From the IMG/VR virus record IMGVR_UViG_3300045431_000601, positions 1 to 64,000 of that record: a stretch of 64,000 bases of DNA. The stretch is one strand, 5' to 3'. This document shows, one piece after another, positions 9,924 to 18,977 of the stretch; position 1 is the stretch's first letter; each line of letters starts with the position of its first letter. The position numbers and the translations under genes were made by a program. This DNA comes from a virus. Below the pieces are notes generated by a model. The model did no database searches. It had not been told where the DNA came from and saw only the letters and a list, made by a program, of their open reading frames with translations.

Positions 9924-10230
9924 AATTACAGAATCTAACATAGAAGACTTTATAAGTGATTCAAAGAATAAACCCCTGGTAGTCTATTTCTCTGCTCCGT
10001 GGTGCGGACCATGTAGAATGGCGAAACCGGCTTTAGAATTTATAGCAAAAAAACACGAAAACAAGATAACTATAGGAAAAATTGACGCCGAAGATGAACC
10101 TTCGCTATCTTATAGATACAGAGTGAGCAGTGTTCCTACGTTTTTTATCTTTGAAAATAAAAAAATAATACATCAATCCACCGGTCTTCAAATTCTTTCG
10201 GTTTTAAGAAATAAATATAATTTAGATTAA
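9904..10230 (+). CDS. trxA: thioredoxin
   Basis: FSAPWCGPC active site, VSSVPT cis-Pro loop, 108 aa. Confidence 0.93.
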   Translation: MTSSINEITESNIEDFISDSKNKPLVVYFSAPWCGPCRMAKPALEFIAKKHENKITIGKIDAEDEPSLSYRYRVSSVPTFFIFENKKIIHQSTGLQILSVLRNKYNLD

Positions 10231-11217
10231 AGTCTTATTACCAGAGAATATAATATCTCTAAATCCGTCTGCAGCGTCCAAGATTGTATCTCTTATAAAA
10301 GATTGCATTTCAAAACTAGAATTAAATTTTTTTAATGAGTTATTGAAATATAAATTAAATTTACCTACCTGATCTAAGATATCGCATTTATTTATAATCA
10401 GCTGCGTGCACCCAGAGATCTTTGTAGAAAAAATTAATTTATCTAAATTTAACCAATTGACTAGCCTTTTTCTACCCGTAGTTGTACCATATTCTCGCCC
10501 AGCTTCTATAATAGAATTCAATTCTGAATCTTCAAACAATGTCTCTGGGAACATGGGGTCGATTCCACTCTTTGTATCGTATATTTTAGCGACACCTATT
10601 ATATTATTAATTAATTTTGGACTAAAACCAAGGGAACAGGCTGAGTAAGGCAAGGTCTCGCTACTGGTTACAAAAGGATAGTTACCAAAATTTATATCTA
10701 ACCAAAAACTCTGCGCGCCCTCGCAAAGAATTTTGCCATGTAGGCTCTCGTTCCATAAAAATTTTTTATCAATAAAATCCTTAGCCTGTTTGCCTTTCCT
10801 TAACATCTTATCTGCGTATGCAGGAGCAATTCCTTGGCCAGTTGTCCCTAAAGCCCCCCTTAAAAAATTAATATCATAGTCTATATGCTCTTCTGTTATA
10901 ATATGGGCTTTTGGGCTTACTTTAATTAATGATATATCAAATTCATTTTCTTTTAGATAATTAATTTCTTCATAAAACTTATTTAAGTTTAAAACACAAT
11001 TTGGCCCTATTATACTAATTTTATTATGAAAAATTCCGCAAGGTATTATATGCGTTTTATATTTTTTATCATTTATATAAACTGTGTGTCCAGCATTCGG
11101 TCCGCCATTAAACCTGCAAACCATATCATATTTTTGTGCTAAAGCGCTACTTATCTTGCCCTTACCTTCGTCACCCCATTGAAGGCCAACTATTACATCG
11201 ACAAAATCAACCCTCAT
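10222..11217 (-). CDS. purA: adenylosuccinate synthetase (short form)
   Basis: GLQWGDEGKG, GGPNAGHT, GTTGQGIAPAYADK, EGAQ, YPFVTSS, EYGTTTGRKR. Confidence 0.93.
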   Translation of the reverse strand: MRVDFVDVIVGLQWGDEGKGKISSALAQKYDMVCRFNGGPNAGHTVYINDKKYKTHIIPCGIFHNKISIIGPNCVLNLNKFYEEINYLKENEFDISLIKVSPKAHIITEEHIDYDINFLRGALGTTGQGIAPAYADKMLRKGKQAKDFIDKKFLWNESLHGKILCEGAQSFWLDINFGNYPFVTSSETLPYSACSLGFSPKLINNIIGVAKIYDTKSGIDPMFPETLFEDSELNSIIEAGREYGTTTGRKRLVNWLNLDKLIFSTKISGCTQLIINKCDILDQVGKFNLYFNNSLKKFNSSFEMQSFIRDTILDAADGFRDIIFSGNKTLI

Positions 11218-11425
11218 TGCTCTTTTGATGATCGTCTTCTACTTTTTCGAAAAAATTATTTAACATTTTCTGACAAAAATTAAGACCTTTCGCCCCACAA
11301 CATTTTTTAAATTTAACATCATTAAATGGGCACAAACTATTTCTACTCATTTTTGGCGCAAGTCTTCTTACTGGACCCATCTCATAAGGTCTAACATAAA
11401 GCCCTATGTCTTTTTCTTCGCTCAC
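11207..11425 (-). CDS. SEC-C motif-like small protein
   Basis: RNSLCPFNDVKFKKCCG resembles RNDPCPCGSGKKYKKC. Confidence 0.6.
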   Translation of the reverse strand: MSEEKDIGLYVRPYEMGPVRRLAPKMSRNSLCPFNDVKFKKCCGAKGLNFCQKMLNNFFEKVEDDHQKSNEG

Positions 11426-11429
11426 AATT

Positions 11430-11741
11430 TTATCTAAAATTTGGATTATCCAGCAATAATACCACCCTTTGATTTAACCTTGAATTTTCGTCTTGTTTTG
11501 CCGAAATAACCCTTTGAATCCTCGCTTGATCTTTAGATTGTGTAAGCGTGGACATACTATTTTTAGATGTATTTAGGTATTTTATTAATTCATTATTAGC
11601 TTTTATTTGGCTTTTATTTAAGAGTATTTCTGTTCTACGAGTCATATTGTCGTACTTCTGATATGATGTTTGAGCTTTAGACTGGCTTGATAAAACCCAG
11701 AAAAAAACCAAAATATAAAGTGAGTATTCAAAATATTTCAT
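11430..11741 (-). CDS. hypothetical exported or membrane-anchored coiled-coil protein
   Basis: Start moved to 11741 (MKYFEYSLYILVFFWVLSSQSKAQ, signal-like) because a TTGACA box lies at 11771-11776. Confidence 0.55.
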   Translation of the reverse strand: MKYFEYSLYILVFFWVLSSQSKAQTSYQKYDNMTRRTEILLNKSQIKANNELIKYLNTSKNSMSTLTQSKDQARIQRVISAKQDENSRLNQRVVLLLDNPNFR

Positions 11742-11772
11742 ATTTCTATATTTACATATATATATATTTTTG

Positions 11773-12879
11773 TCAATTATTTTTTCCGTGAGCAAATCCT
11801 TCATAGAGATTATTTGGGGTATTTAATACTGCTTTTATTTTATCTGTCCATAAACCGCCACGCATATCTTCTATAGATCTAAAACCTAAATAGCTCATAC
11901 CGCTTCTAAGTCCATTTACAAAATCATAAACGACATCTTCTATGGATCTATTTTCTATAATTGGTATTAAAGTCTTATCTCCTTCAACAAATAAATTCTT
12001 TTTCGTGCCATCGTAAAGATCGTAGTCTTCAACAACATCCCTACTAGCCATACCTCTATATTTTGCATATCTTATTCCATTTTTTTCTACAATATCTTCT
12101 TCGTCTAAAATATCTGACAATCCAGCAAAAATTCTTCCACAAATAACGGCATCTGCTCCCGAAGCAATAGCTTTGACCAAATCTTTTGGGTACCTAATCC
12201 CTCCATCTGCTAAAATAGAAGGCCGATTTTCTTCTTTGGGGTCTTCATGTCTAAAATAATCTAAGTTGGCAAGATGCCAATTCCTAACAGCTTTCCAAGC
12301 ATAATAAAGGCCAGTGACGCTAGGGCATCCTATACCGGTTTTCATTTGGGTCAAACACATTGAACCTGGCCCAATAAGATGTCTAAACCCATCGGATTTT
12401 AAATTAGCCAGTCTATAAACGCTTTGCTTTGTTAAAGTATTTCCTACAATAATATCTTGTGGATAGGACGATTGTTTGTACCATATAAGAAAATCTTCTA
12501 CTTTGATTGACAGCCCATTTGCTGTATCTAGAAAATATACATCAGTATATTTTGATGTATGCTCTATTCTCTCTATAAAATCTTTTAAACCAATAGCTGT
12601 AACGCAAAAGCCGCTTTCGTCTTTGATCTTTTTAGCTTTTAAAGCTTGCTCTTCTGCGCCCATAAATCTATGAATTACTCCCACGGCTCCTAAGGTATTC
12701 ATTTTTATGCAAGACTTAACAGAAGATACGGTATCCATCGGAGATAAAATGATTGGAATATCTATATATTTATTCTTACTAATCTTTGATATTGTAGTTA
12801 TTTCTTTTCTTGAAACTATATCAGAAAAATTTGGGAGCAAAGAAATATCATCATAACCTAAAGCTTGCTTAAAATCCAT
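11773..12879 (-). CDS. IMP dehydrogenase / GMP reductase family protein (no CBS domains)
   Basis: SPMDTV, GVIHRF, IGPGSMCLT catalytic loop, ADGGIR, YRGMAS, VEG, GLRSGMSYLG. Confidence 0.88.
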   Translation of the reverse strand: MDFKQALGYDDISLLPNFSDIVSRKEITTISKISKNKYIDIPIILSPMDTVSSVKSCIKMNTLGAVGVIHRFMGAEEQALKAKKIKDESGFCVTAIGLKDFIERIEHTSKYTDVYFLDTANGLSIKVEDFLIWYKQSSYPQDIIVGNTLTKQSVYRLANLKSDGFRHLIGPGSMCLTQMKTGIGCPSVTGLYYAWKAVRNWHLANLDYFRHEDPKEENRPSILADGGIRYPKDLVKAIASGADAVICGRIFAGLSDILDEEDIVEKNGIRYAKYRGMASRDVVEDYDLYDGTKKNLFVEGDKTLIPIIENRSIEDVVYDFVNGLRSGMSYLGFRSIEDMRGGLWTDKIKAVLNTPNNLYEGFAHGKNN

Positions 12880-12910
12880 TCAAATATATTAAATTAAATG
12901 TATAATCTTG

Positions 12911-13423
12911 TCAAATAGAAAAAAATACATGCCCCTTTGAATTAACAAATTCTATTCTTTGAGATAACTTAATATTATAAAGTGTTTTTATTTCTGAAAC
13001 TTTTGTACAGACTGCTCGTTTTTGTCTAATATTTTTTAATGGTTCGACTGGCTCTTTGACTGGTTCTGTTATCAGAATCCTATTAGTGTTATTATAAGAC
13101 AAATCATTTATTGGGAACTTACCTGGCCCTGGAAATCTTACCGGTTTGGAGTCTTCATCAAATTTTGGGTTACTAAATTGAATCGTCTTATCTATCTTTT
13201 TGTCCTGATAGCAAATTGTCCCATATTCAAAAGTTGTTGCAATTTTATTTTGAAAGAAAAAATCTTTAAAATCATTTCCTGTTAAATCTTTAAAATTATA
13301 TAAAGATAACTCTTGATAAGATGTGCCCTCTTCAAGCCATATCAAATCTAATAAATCAGAGAAACAGGGATAATATTGATGTCTTTTTATTGTATCTACA
13401 AACGCTTTAAGTGTTAATCTCAT
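12911..13423 (-). CDS. hypothetical protein
   Basis: 170-aa ORF with GTGTAA motif 11 nt upstream. Confidence 0.65.
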   Translation of the reverse strand: MRLTLKAFVDTIKRHQYYPCFSDLLDLIWLEEGTSYQELSLYNFKDLTGNDFKDFFFQNKIATTFEYGTICYQDKKIDKTIQFSNPKFDEDSKPVRFPGPGKFPINDLSYNNTNRILITEPVKEPVEPLKNIRQKRAVCTKVSEIKTLYNIKLSQRIEFVNSKGHVFFSI

Positions 13424-13850
13424 TACTAAAATTATTACACTTTTTATATTTTTCTATTTTAATATTATGAAATTTAAAAATGTTTATAGCCTCTTGATCG
13501 CGTAAATATTCATCTAAATAGATAACTTTTTGTATTCCGTGAGAGGCAATATTCATTGCGCAACAAGAGCAAGGCAAAAGAGTAGAGACTAATAAATAGG
13601 GACTATCATATCTTGTCAAGCAAGAAAGAGCGTTTGTCTCAGCGTGAATTATATATTTCCTTCGCTTCTCTCTATCGCTCCAAAACATCTGTCCAGCGTT
13701 CTGATTGGGCCGCAATCCATTGTATCCTATAGCTAAAACTCTTCCTTCTTTATTTAAGATAGTGCATCCCACTTTCCTATGCAAATCTTCGGATCTTAAA
13801 GAACTAATTTTGGCTATTTCCATAGCCATATCTTCAAAAGATATTCTCAT
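13407..13850 (-). CDS. dCMP deaminase
   Basis: KVGC, GYNG, HAETNA and PCSCC zinc motifs. Confidence 0.9.
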   Translation of the reverse strand: MRISFEDMAMEIAKISSLRSEDLHRKVGCTILNKEGRVLAIGYNGLRPNQNAGQMFWSDREKRRKYIIHAETNALSCLTRYDSPYLLVSTLLPCSCCAMNIASHGIQKVIYLDEYLRDQEAINIFKFHNIKIEKYKKCNNFSNEINT

Positions 13851-13929
13851 GAGACTATCTTAATATAGTTTTTAAAATAAGTCAAACTAAGTCTTTACTT
13901 TTTTATATTTGTTCTGTATAATGCTTAGA

Positions 13930-14520
13930 ATGATTGGTATCACAGGAGTAGCTACATCTGGCAAAGATACATTATGCATTTTGTTGAAAAGATTTTTTCT
14001 AGAAAAAAGCTTAATATGTCAGCGGTTCGCTTTGGCAGACGAATTAAAAAAAGACTTAAAAAACTTTATTTTAGAAAAATTTAATATTAATATAGAAAAT
14101 TGCCATCCCTTAGACAAAAAAATAGTCAGGCCAATCTTAGTCGCTTACGGTAAAGTTAAAAGAAATCAAACTTTTGGAAGATATTGGATAGAAAAACTAA
14201 AGACAAATATTCAAAACAATTCCACAATACCTATTGTAACAGATATAAGATATGACGAGTACCCTGCTGATGAATTCTCTTGGCTTAAAAAGGAAAACGG
14301 CGGAATTCTAATACATATTTCAAGAATACAAGACGGAAAATTTATACCGCCTGCAAACGAAGAAGAAAAAGTTAATGATGAAAAATTAAAAGCTCAATCG
14401 GATTATCAAATCGTCTGGTGCACGGAAAATAATCAGGAAAGGCTTTACGATGCTCATAAAAAAAACTTCCAAGAAATACACAGTCTTTATGAAAGATATA
14501 GAACTAATAACTCAAATTAA
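13930..14520 (+). CDS. deoxynucleoside monophosphate kinase
   Basis: IGITGVATSGKDT P-loop, FALADELK, IVTDIRY; start placed at 13930 after TTTACT-17-TATAAT (13894-13922). Confidence 0.8.
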   Translation: MIGITGVATSGKDTLCILLKRFFLEKSLICQRFALADELKKDLKNFILEKFNINIENCHPLDKKIVRPILVAYGKVKRNQTFGRYWIEKLKTNIQNNSTIPIVTDIRYDEYPADEFSWLKKENGGILIHISRIQDGKFIPPANEEEKVNDEKLKAQSDYQIVWCTENNQERLYDAHKKNFQEIHSLYERYRTNNSN

Positions 14521-15079
14521 AAACAATTCTCCTTCTTCTAGTTCTGCGTTAAATGAATTAGTCCTAAGGCATTCTGGGATATGTCATGAGATGATAAAAA
14601 GATATCAAAACGCTATACTAAGTTCAGGAAACTCTATAGATGATATACAAAAAGATAAAATGTATATAATATATAAATCAGCTTTAAATTTTAACGAGAA
14701 TAAAAATGTTAAATTTTCTACTTGGCTTGGAAATCAGATGAGATATCATTGTCTTAACACTATAAATTCGAGAAGTAGAACTATAAATATAGAAGAAGAA
14801 TCTATGAAAAAAATAATAGAGAAAAATCAACTTTTTATAAAAAAAAGCCATATTAAAGATCAGTCAGACTATTGTTTGTCTATGTTAGATCAATTTCAAG
14901 ACGAAAGAATAAAAAAGATTTTTAAATTAAGATATTTCGACGCAAAAAAGATTATGTCTTGGCATAAAATCGGTAAAAAATTAAAAATAAGTACCCAAAC
15001 CGCTATCAATTTACATAATAAAGGCAAAAAAATATTAAAAAATAAGTTGACAAGTGCCAATATAAATGATATTATTTAA
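14489..15079 (+). CDS. phage sigma70-family sigma factor
   Basis: ALNELV..HSGIC; SALNFNENKNVKFSTWL (region 2); C-terminal HTH IFKLRY..MSWHKIGKKLKISTQ. Confidence 0.8.
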   Translation: MKDIELITQIKNNSPSSSSALNELVLRHSGICHEMIKRYQNAILSSGNSIDDIQKDKMYIIYKSALNFNENKNVKFSTWLGNQMRYHCLNTINSRSRTINIEEESMKKIIEKNQLFIKKSHIKDQSDYCLSMLDQFQDERIKKIFKLRYFDAKKIMSWHKIGKKLKISTQTAINLHNKGKKILKNKLTSANINDII

Positions 15080-15101
15080 CAATAGGAGATAAATATAATA
15101 T

Positions 15102-15440
15102 ATGAACAACAATCAATCAACAAACGAATGGTCTAAAAGAGATATTGGAGCTTTATGGAAAAGAGAAGGACAAAGTCAAAAGTACTTATCCGGCTACGTA
15201 AAAGTAGACGAACTTGGAATTGAGAAAGAAGTTAAAATCGTTGTGTTTTCAAACAAGAATAAAAATAACAATGAAAAAGCTCCAGACTATAGAATCTATA
15301 TTTCTAAGCCTGCAGATGCTTCAAAAGCTGACCGCACAACCGCCGTTGAGTCTAAAGCTGTTGCTACAAAAAAAATAGTTGCAACAAAAAAGCCTAAAGT
15401 AGAAGATATCGTAGAAGAAAATGAAGCTGATCTATTGTAA
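15102..15440 (+). CDS. DUF736-like putative ssDNA-binding protein
   Basis: IGALWK..YLSG..APDYRIY, acidic C-terminus; AGGAG RBS and TTGACA-17-TATTAT (15047-15075). Confidence 0.6.
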   Translation: MNNNQSTNEWSKRDIGALWKREGQSQKYLSGYVKVDELGIEKEVKIVVFSNKNKNNNEKAPDYRIYISKPADASKADRTTAVESKAVATKKIVATKKPKVEDIVEENEADLL

Positions 15441-15442
15441 AA

Positions 15443-16528
15443 ATGGATTGCAGCTTTAATCTTCCGATAAATTCTCTTTCATTTGGACAGCTCTCTGTTC
15501 TAATACTAAAAGAACTTTATCGTAATAAGACTTCTCCGCTTATTTCTTTAATCGGAAATAATATTGATCTTTCTGCGCAGGAAGTTGACAAAACCTTCCT
15601 GTCTTGGCTAGAATCAAACATAAATAAGTTTGCAGAAGAATATTCTAGAGAATTACCTATATTTAAACTATGGCATTTAAATGGTAGCCTAGAAAGCTTT
15701 TCCAAAAATCAAATATTACTATCGTTCTACGAATTAGATTCGCCCACTAAAACAGAATTAAATATTATAAAAAATAATAATCTTGTATGCTTTTCTTCAA
15801 AATACACCTGTGAAATATTTAAATCTTTAGGGTGTAAAAATATTAAACATTTGCCCCTCGCGTTTGATGAATATAATTTTAAAAAATTAGACAAGAAATA
15901 TTTTCCAGATAGAATTACGTTCCTTCTTGTTGGCAAGCTAGAAAAAAGAAAGCATCATGAAAAAATAATAAAAGCTTGGGTTAAAAAATATGGTAATAAT
16001 AAAAAATATTCTTTACAGTGTGCAATATATAATCCATTCTTAAAGGCTGAAGATCAGTCAAAAGTTATAGCGCAATGCTTAGATAATAAAGATTATTATA
16101 ATGTATCTTTTCTAAACTTTATGAATAAAAATAGTGCATATAATGACTTCTTAAATAGTGGAGATATTGTCATTGGTATGAGTGGAGGCGAAGGCTGGGG
16201 CTTACCAGAGTTTAATGCACTAGCTCTTGGTAAGCATGGAGTTATAATAAATGCACATGCATATAAAGATTGGGCAAATGAAAATAATGCAATACTAGTG
16301 GAGCCAAATAAAACAAAAATTCCTGCTGAAGATGGTCTATTCTTCAATAAGAATTCATCCTTTAATCAGGGTAATATATTTGATTTTAATGAAAAAGATT
16401 TCATAGAAGGATGCGAACAGGCCGTAGCTAGATTTGAAAAAAACAAGATAAATAGCGCAGGTCTATTACTTCAAAAAGAATTCTCTCAAGAAAAATTAAT
16501 AAAAAATATATTAAATTTATTTAATTAA
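15443..16528 (+). CDS. GT-B glycosyltransferase (family 4-like)
   Basis: VGKLEKRKHH, SGGEGWGLPEFNALALGK. Confidence 0.8.
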   Translation: MDCSFNLPINSLSFGQLSVLILKELYRNKTSPLISLIGNNIDLSAQEVDKTFLSWLESNINKFAEEYSRELPIFKLWHLNGSLESFSKNQILLSFYELDSPTKTELNIIKNNNLVCFSSKYTCEIFKSLGCKNIKHLPLAFDEYNFKKLDKKYFPDRITFLLVGKLEKRKHHEKIIKAWVKKYGNNKKYSLQCAIYNPFLKAEDQSKVIAQCLDNKDYYNVSFLNFMNKNSAYNDFLNSGDIVIGMSGGEGWGLPEFNALALGKHGVIINAHAYKDWANENNAILVEPNKTKIPAEDGLFFNKNSSFNQGNIFDFNEKDFIEGCEQAVARFEKNKINSAGLLLQKEFSQEKLIKNILNLFN

Positions 16529-16532
16529 AATT

Positions 16533-16877
16533 ATGCCAATCTATATTTACCAACATCCTGAGTCACAAAAGACCATAGAAATCATGCAAGGCGTTCATGA
16601 TAAACATGAATATATAGATGATAAAGGAATTAAGTGGAACAGAGTATTTACTGCTCCAGAATTAAACACTCAAGGAACCTTAGACGCAAATTGCACAGAC
16701 AAACAATTCTCAGAGTTTACAAAAAATAAAAAAGATAGATTAGGAGACCTCTGGGATAGAAGTGCAGAACTTTCAGAAAAAAGAAGAAAAATATATGGGG
16801 AAGATCCTGTAAAAAAGAAATTTGAATCAGACTGGTCTAAAAAAAGAAAAGGAAAAAAATTACCCAAATCAATATGA
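16533..16877 (+). CDS. FmdB-like protein lacking the zinc cysteines
   Basis: MPIYIY N-terminus and RVFTAP. Confidence 0.55.
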   Translation: MPIYIYQHPESQKTIEIMQGVHDKHEYIDDKGIKWNRVFTAPELNTQGTLDANCTDKQFSEFTKNKKDRLGDLWDRSAELSEKRRKIYGEDPVKKKFESDWSKKRKGKKLPKSI

Positions 16878-17188
16878 TTGGAATAAATTTTTTTATCGAA
16901 AACGACCACTTAAATATAATAAACATATTTGGTCTTAAAGAATTGCATGAACAGTTTAATGTTTTCTCTAAAACAGAAATCTTAGATTACATATCTTTTA
17001 TAAAAGAAAATAAGCTTGGACAAGCTAAAGAAGCTAATAATTTATATATAAAAATAAAAGAGAAAACAAAATCAGTTACGGATACTTTGTCTTACAAAGA
17101 TTTTAGTCTAGATAAAATTCCAGTAGAAATTAATAAAATATCTATTCGAGATTCAGAATTCAGAATAAATAAAATCTTAACTTGCTAG
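16874..17188 (+). CDS. hypothetical protein
   Basis: 104 aa, ATGA overlap with upstream gene. Confidence 0.6.
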   Translation: MIGINFFIENDHLNIINIFGLKELHEQFNVFSKTEILDYISFIKENKLGQAKEANNLYIKIKEKTKSVTDTLSYKDFSLDKIPVEINKISIRDSEFRINKILTC

Positions 17189-17715
17189 ACCCAATATTCT
17201 TCCTTCATTCTTCTTATTAAATTAATCCATACTTTTAAATGAGAAGCTAATTCTTTTTTATTTGAGTTTTCAAATCCTTCTACAGCTTTTAAATAAAACA
17301 TATTTAGATTAGGATAAGATCTTCTTCTTCTTTCTAGGCTATCTCTGAACATACTTAATAAAACAAAATAATACTTTGCAATCTCTTCGTCTGGTTTCCA
17401 TAAGCTTTCCCAGTCTTCTTGAATTGTAACATTTTCTATTTTATTTTTTTCTAATTTAGGATATATAGAACTTATCGTAGAGCTGACATAGCTTTTTTCT
17501 TTTAATTTAAAATCTAGCTCTGAACTTATCCTATAAACATATAATTTAGTAAAAAGTTCGAAACTAATGTGCAAAAGCCCATCTTCTATTTCTTCTTTTG
17601 CTAATTCATTTATAATTAAATCTAAATCTTCTTGGGACTCAGATAGTAAGATGACCTTTTCTTCGCTTAAGCCAGTTCTATAAGATAAGTACTCTAAATC
17701 ACCGATGCCAAGCAT
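17185..17715 (-). CDS. hypothetical protein
   Basis: 176 aa, GTGTAA 8 nt upstream. Confidence 0.65.
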   Translation of the reverse strand: MLGIGDLEYLSYRTGLSEEKVILLSESQEDLDLIINELAKEEIEDGLLHISFELFTKLYVYRISSELDFKLKEKSYVSSTISSIYPKLEKNKIENVTIQEDWESLWKPDEEIAKYYFVLLSMFRDSLERRRRSYPNLNMFYLKAVEGFENSNKKELASHLKVWINLIRRMKEEYWV

Positions 17716-17737
17716 ACAGTAATTTACACAAATCTAA

Positions 17738-18334
17738 TTAATTTTCTTCAATAATCTCTACGTTAGCCAGTGTAGGATCTAATTTTAAAAGATCTTCTTG
17801 ATTAAATTCTTCTTCGCCATCCCATTCATATTCGCCTTGGGCTTTCTCCCAAGCGTCTTTTTTAGGGCGATCAGGCGAACCTGGTTTTGCTGGTTTATAA
17901 TTTTTACCCATTCTTTTTTTCTTTTCTCTTATATTATGCCAAAGACCTTTACTTTTAGCTTGGACATCAACCTCTAAGAATATTTCTTTTTCATCCTCAA
18001 TTACTGACCCACAATTTGATTTGCCGCAAGACGCTGCAACTTTACTAACTGGTTTATCGCTCCACATTTTGCAACTCCAATAATTTGCTTTCCATTTAGG
18101 ACCAGGATTTGAACAATTATGTCTAGACCTATAAGCTTTTCTTCTTTCTGGGTTATCTCTTTTGATCTCCATGTTTGGATCGCCAAACTTAACCATTACA
18201 GTGTTGCCTTTATCATTTTTTACATAAACGCCAAATTTCTTTTTGCTCCCAGATGGAAGTCTAAAGGGCTTATTTAAAGGAGTTTTCTTTTTATCCTTCT
18301 CAGCTTTTATTTGATGAGAAAAGTCTATTTCCAT
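17738..18334 (-). CDS. phage protein of the RHNC..YWSC type
   Basis: KKFGVYVK..VKFGDPNM..RRKAYRSRHNC..ANYWSCKMW; start moved to 18334 (MEIDF) because GTGTAA lies at 18343-18348. Confidence 0.7.
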   Translation of the reverse strand: MEIDFSHQIKAEKDKKKTPLNKPFRLPSGSKKKFGVYVKNDKGNTVMVKFGDPNMEIKRDNPERRKAYRSRHNCSNPGPKWKANYWSCKMWSDKPVSKVAASCGKSNCGSVIEDEKEIFLEVDVQAKSKGLWHNIREKKKRMGKNYKPAKPGSPDRPKKDAWEKAQGEYEWDGEEEFNQEDLLKLDPTLANVEIIEEN

Positions 18335-18370
18335 GAAGGATATTACACTTACATTATTTAATAATGACAA

Positions 18371-18583
18371 TTAATTATATAAAGATATATTATATTTTTT
18401 AAATAACGTCTCTTCATATTCTTTGATATATCTCATATATTTATTGCATTCTGGATTTTATGCCCTGGCTAAACCTTTAGATTCTTCACCAATTAAATTA
18501 ATTAAATTAAAATATTTATTAGATATTTCTTTGTCAGATTCTAAAAACCAAGGTTTTAGAAAATCTGCGTAATCAAGCGCCAT
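18371..18583 (-). pseudogene. 70-codon ORF interrupted by an in-frame TAA
   Basis: MALDYADFLKPWFLESDKEISNKYFNLINLIGEESKGLARA*NPECNKYMRYIKEYEETLFKKYNISLYN*; internal stop at 18458-18460; fills the gap between neighbours. Confidence 0.45.
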
Positions 18584-18600
18584 AATATATTATGGCTATT

Positions 18601-18930
18601 TTACTTTTTTTTATCTACTAAATATTGTTGAATTATTTCAAAATTTCTATCTAACTTTTTTTCAATTCTATCAAAATAAGACTCAAAAGCCTCTTTTGTA
18701 ACATAGGTTGTGCTTATTTTTAGAGCCAAATCAGCTATATCTTGTTGATTCTTGCGCCCCTCTTGTTCTACTTCTTTTCTAAGTGTTATAAAATCACTAA
18801 AAGTTTTGTCATTTATATCTTTTAAAAGCTTGTCCTGATTATCCATAACAGAAAAGAGTCTAGTAAATATCCATCCACCCAAAAAAGCAATAACACCAAA
18901 AGCAATATTTAAAAGTACTTGAATTTCCAT
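18601..18930 (-). CDS. N-terminal TM plus coiled-coil protein (holin/XhlA-like architecture)
   Basis: IQVLLNIAFGVIAFLGGWIF TM segment; YVTKEAF..FDRIEKKLD; start 18930 or 18939. Confidence 0.55.
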   Translation of the reverse strand: MEIQVLLNIAFGVIAFLGGWIFTRLFSVMDNQDKLLKDINDKTFSDFITLRKEVEQEGRKNQQDIADLALKISTTYVTKEAFESYFDRIEKKLDRNFEIIQQYLVDKKK

Positions 18931-18938
18931 ATTATTCA

Positions 18939-18966
18939 TTACACTATAAACTAACTCTATGTGTAA
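18939..18966. promoter_or_regulatory. back-to-back GTGTAA motifs (representative of putative late promoter class)
   Basis: TTACAC 18939-18944 and GTGTAA 18961-18966 precede divergent genes; same arrangement at 23522-23571. Confidence 0.7.
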
Positions 18967-18977
18967 TATTTACAAAT

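Noticed and set aside
10222-11217. PurZ / 2-aminoadenine (Z) genome system
   Set aside because: The motif is GDEGKG with the canonical PurA Asp, not the Ser of PurZ, and no DatZ/MazZ-like neighbours were recognised.
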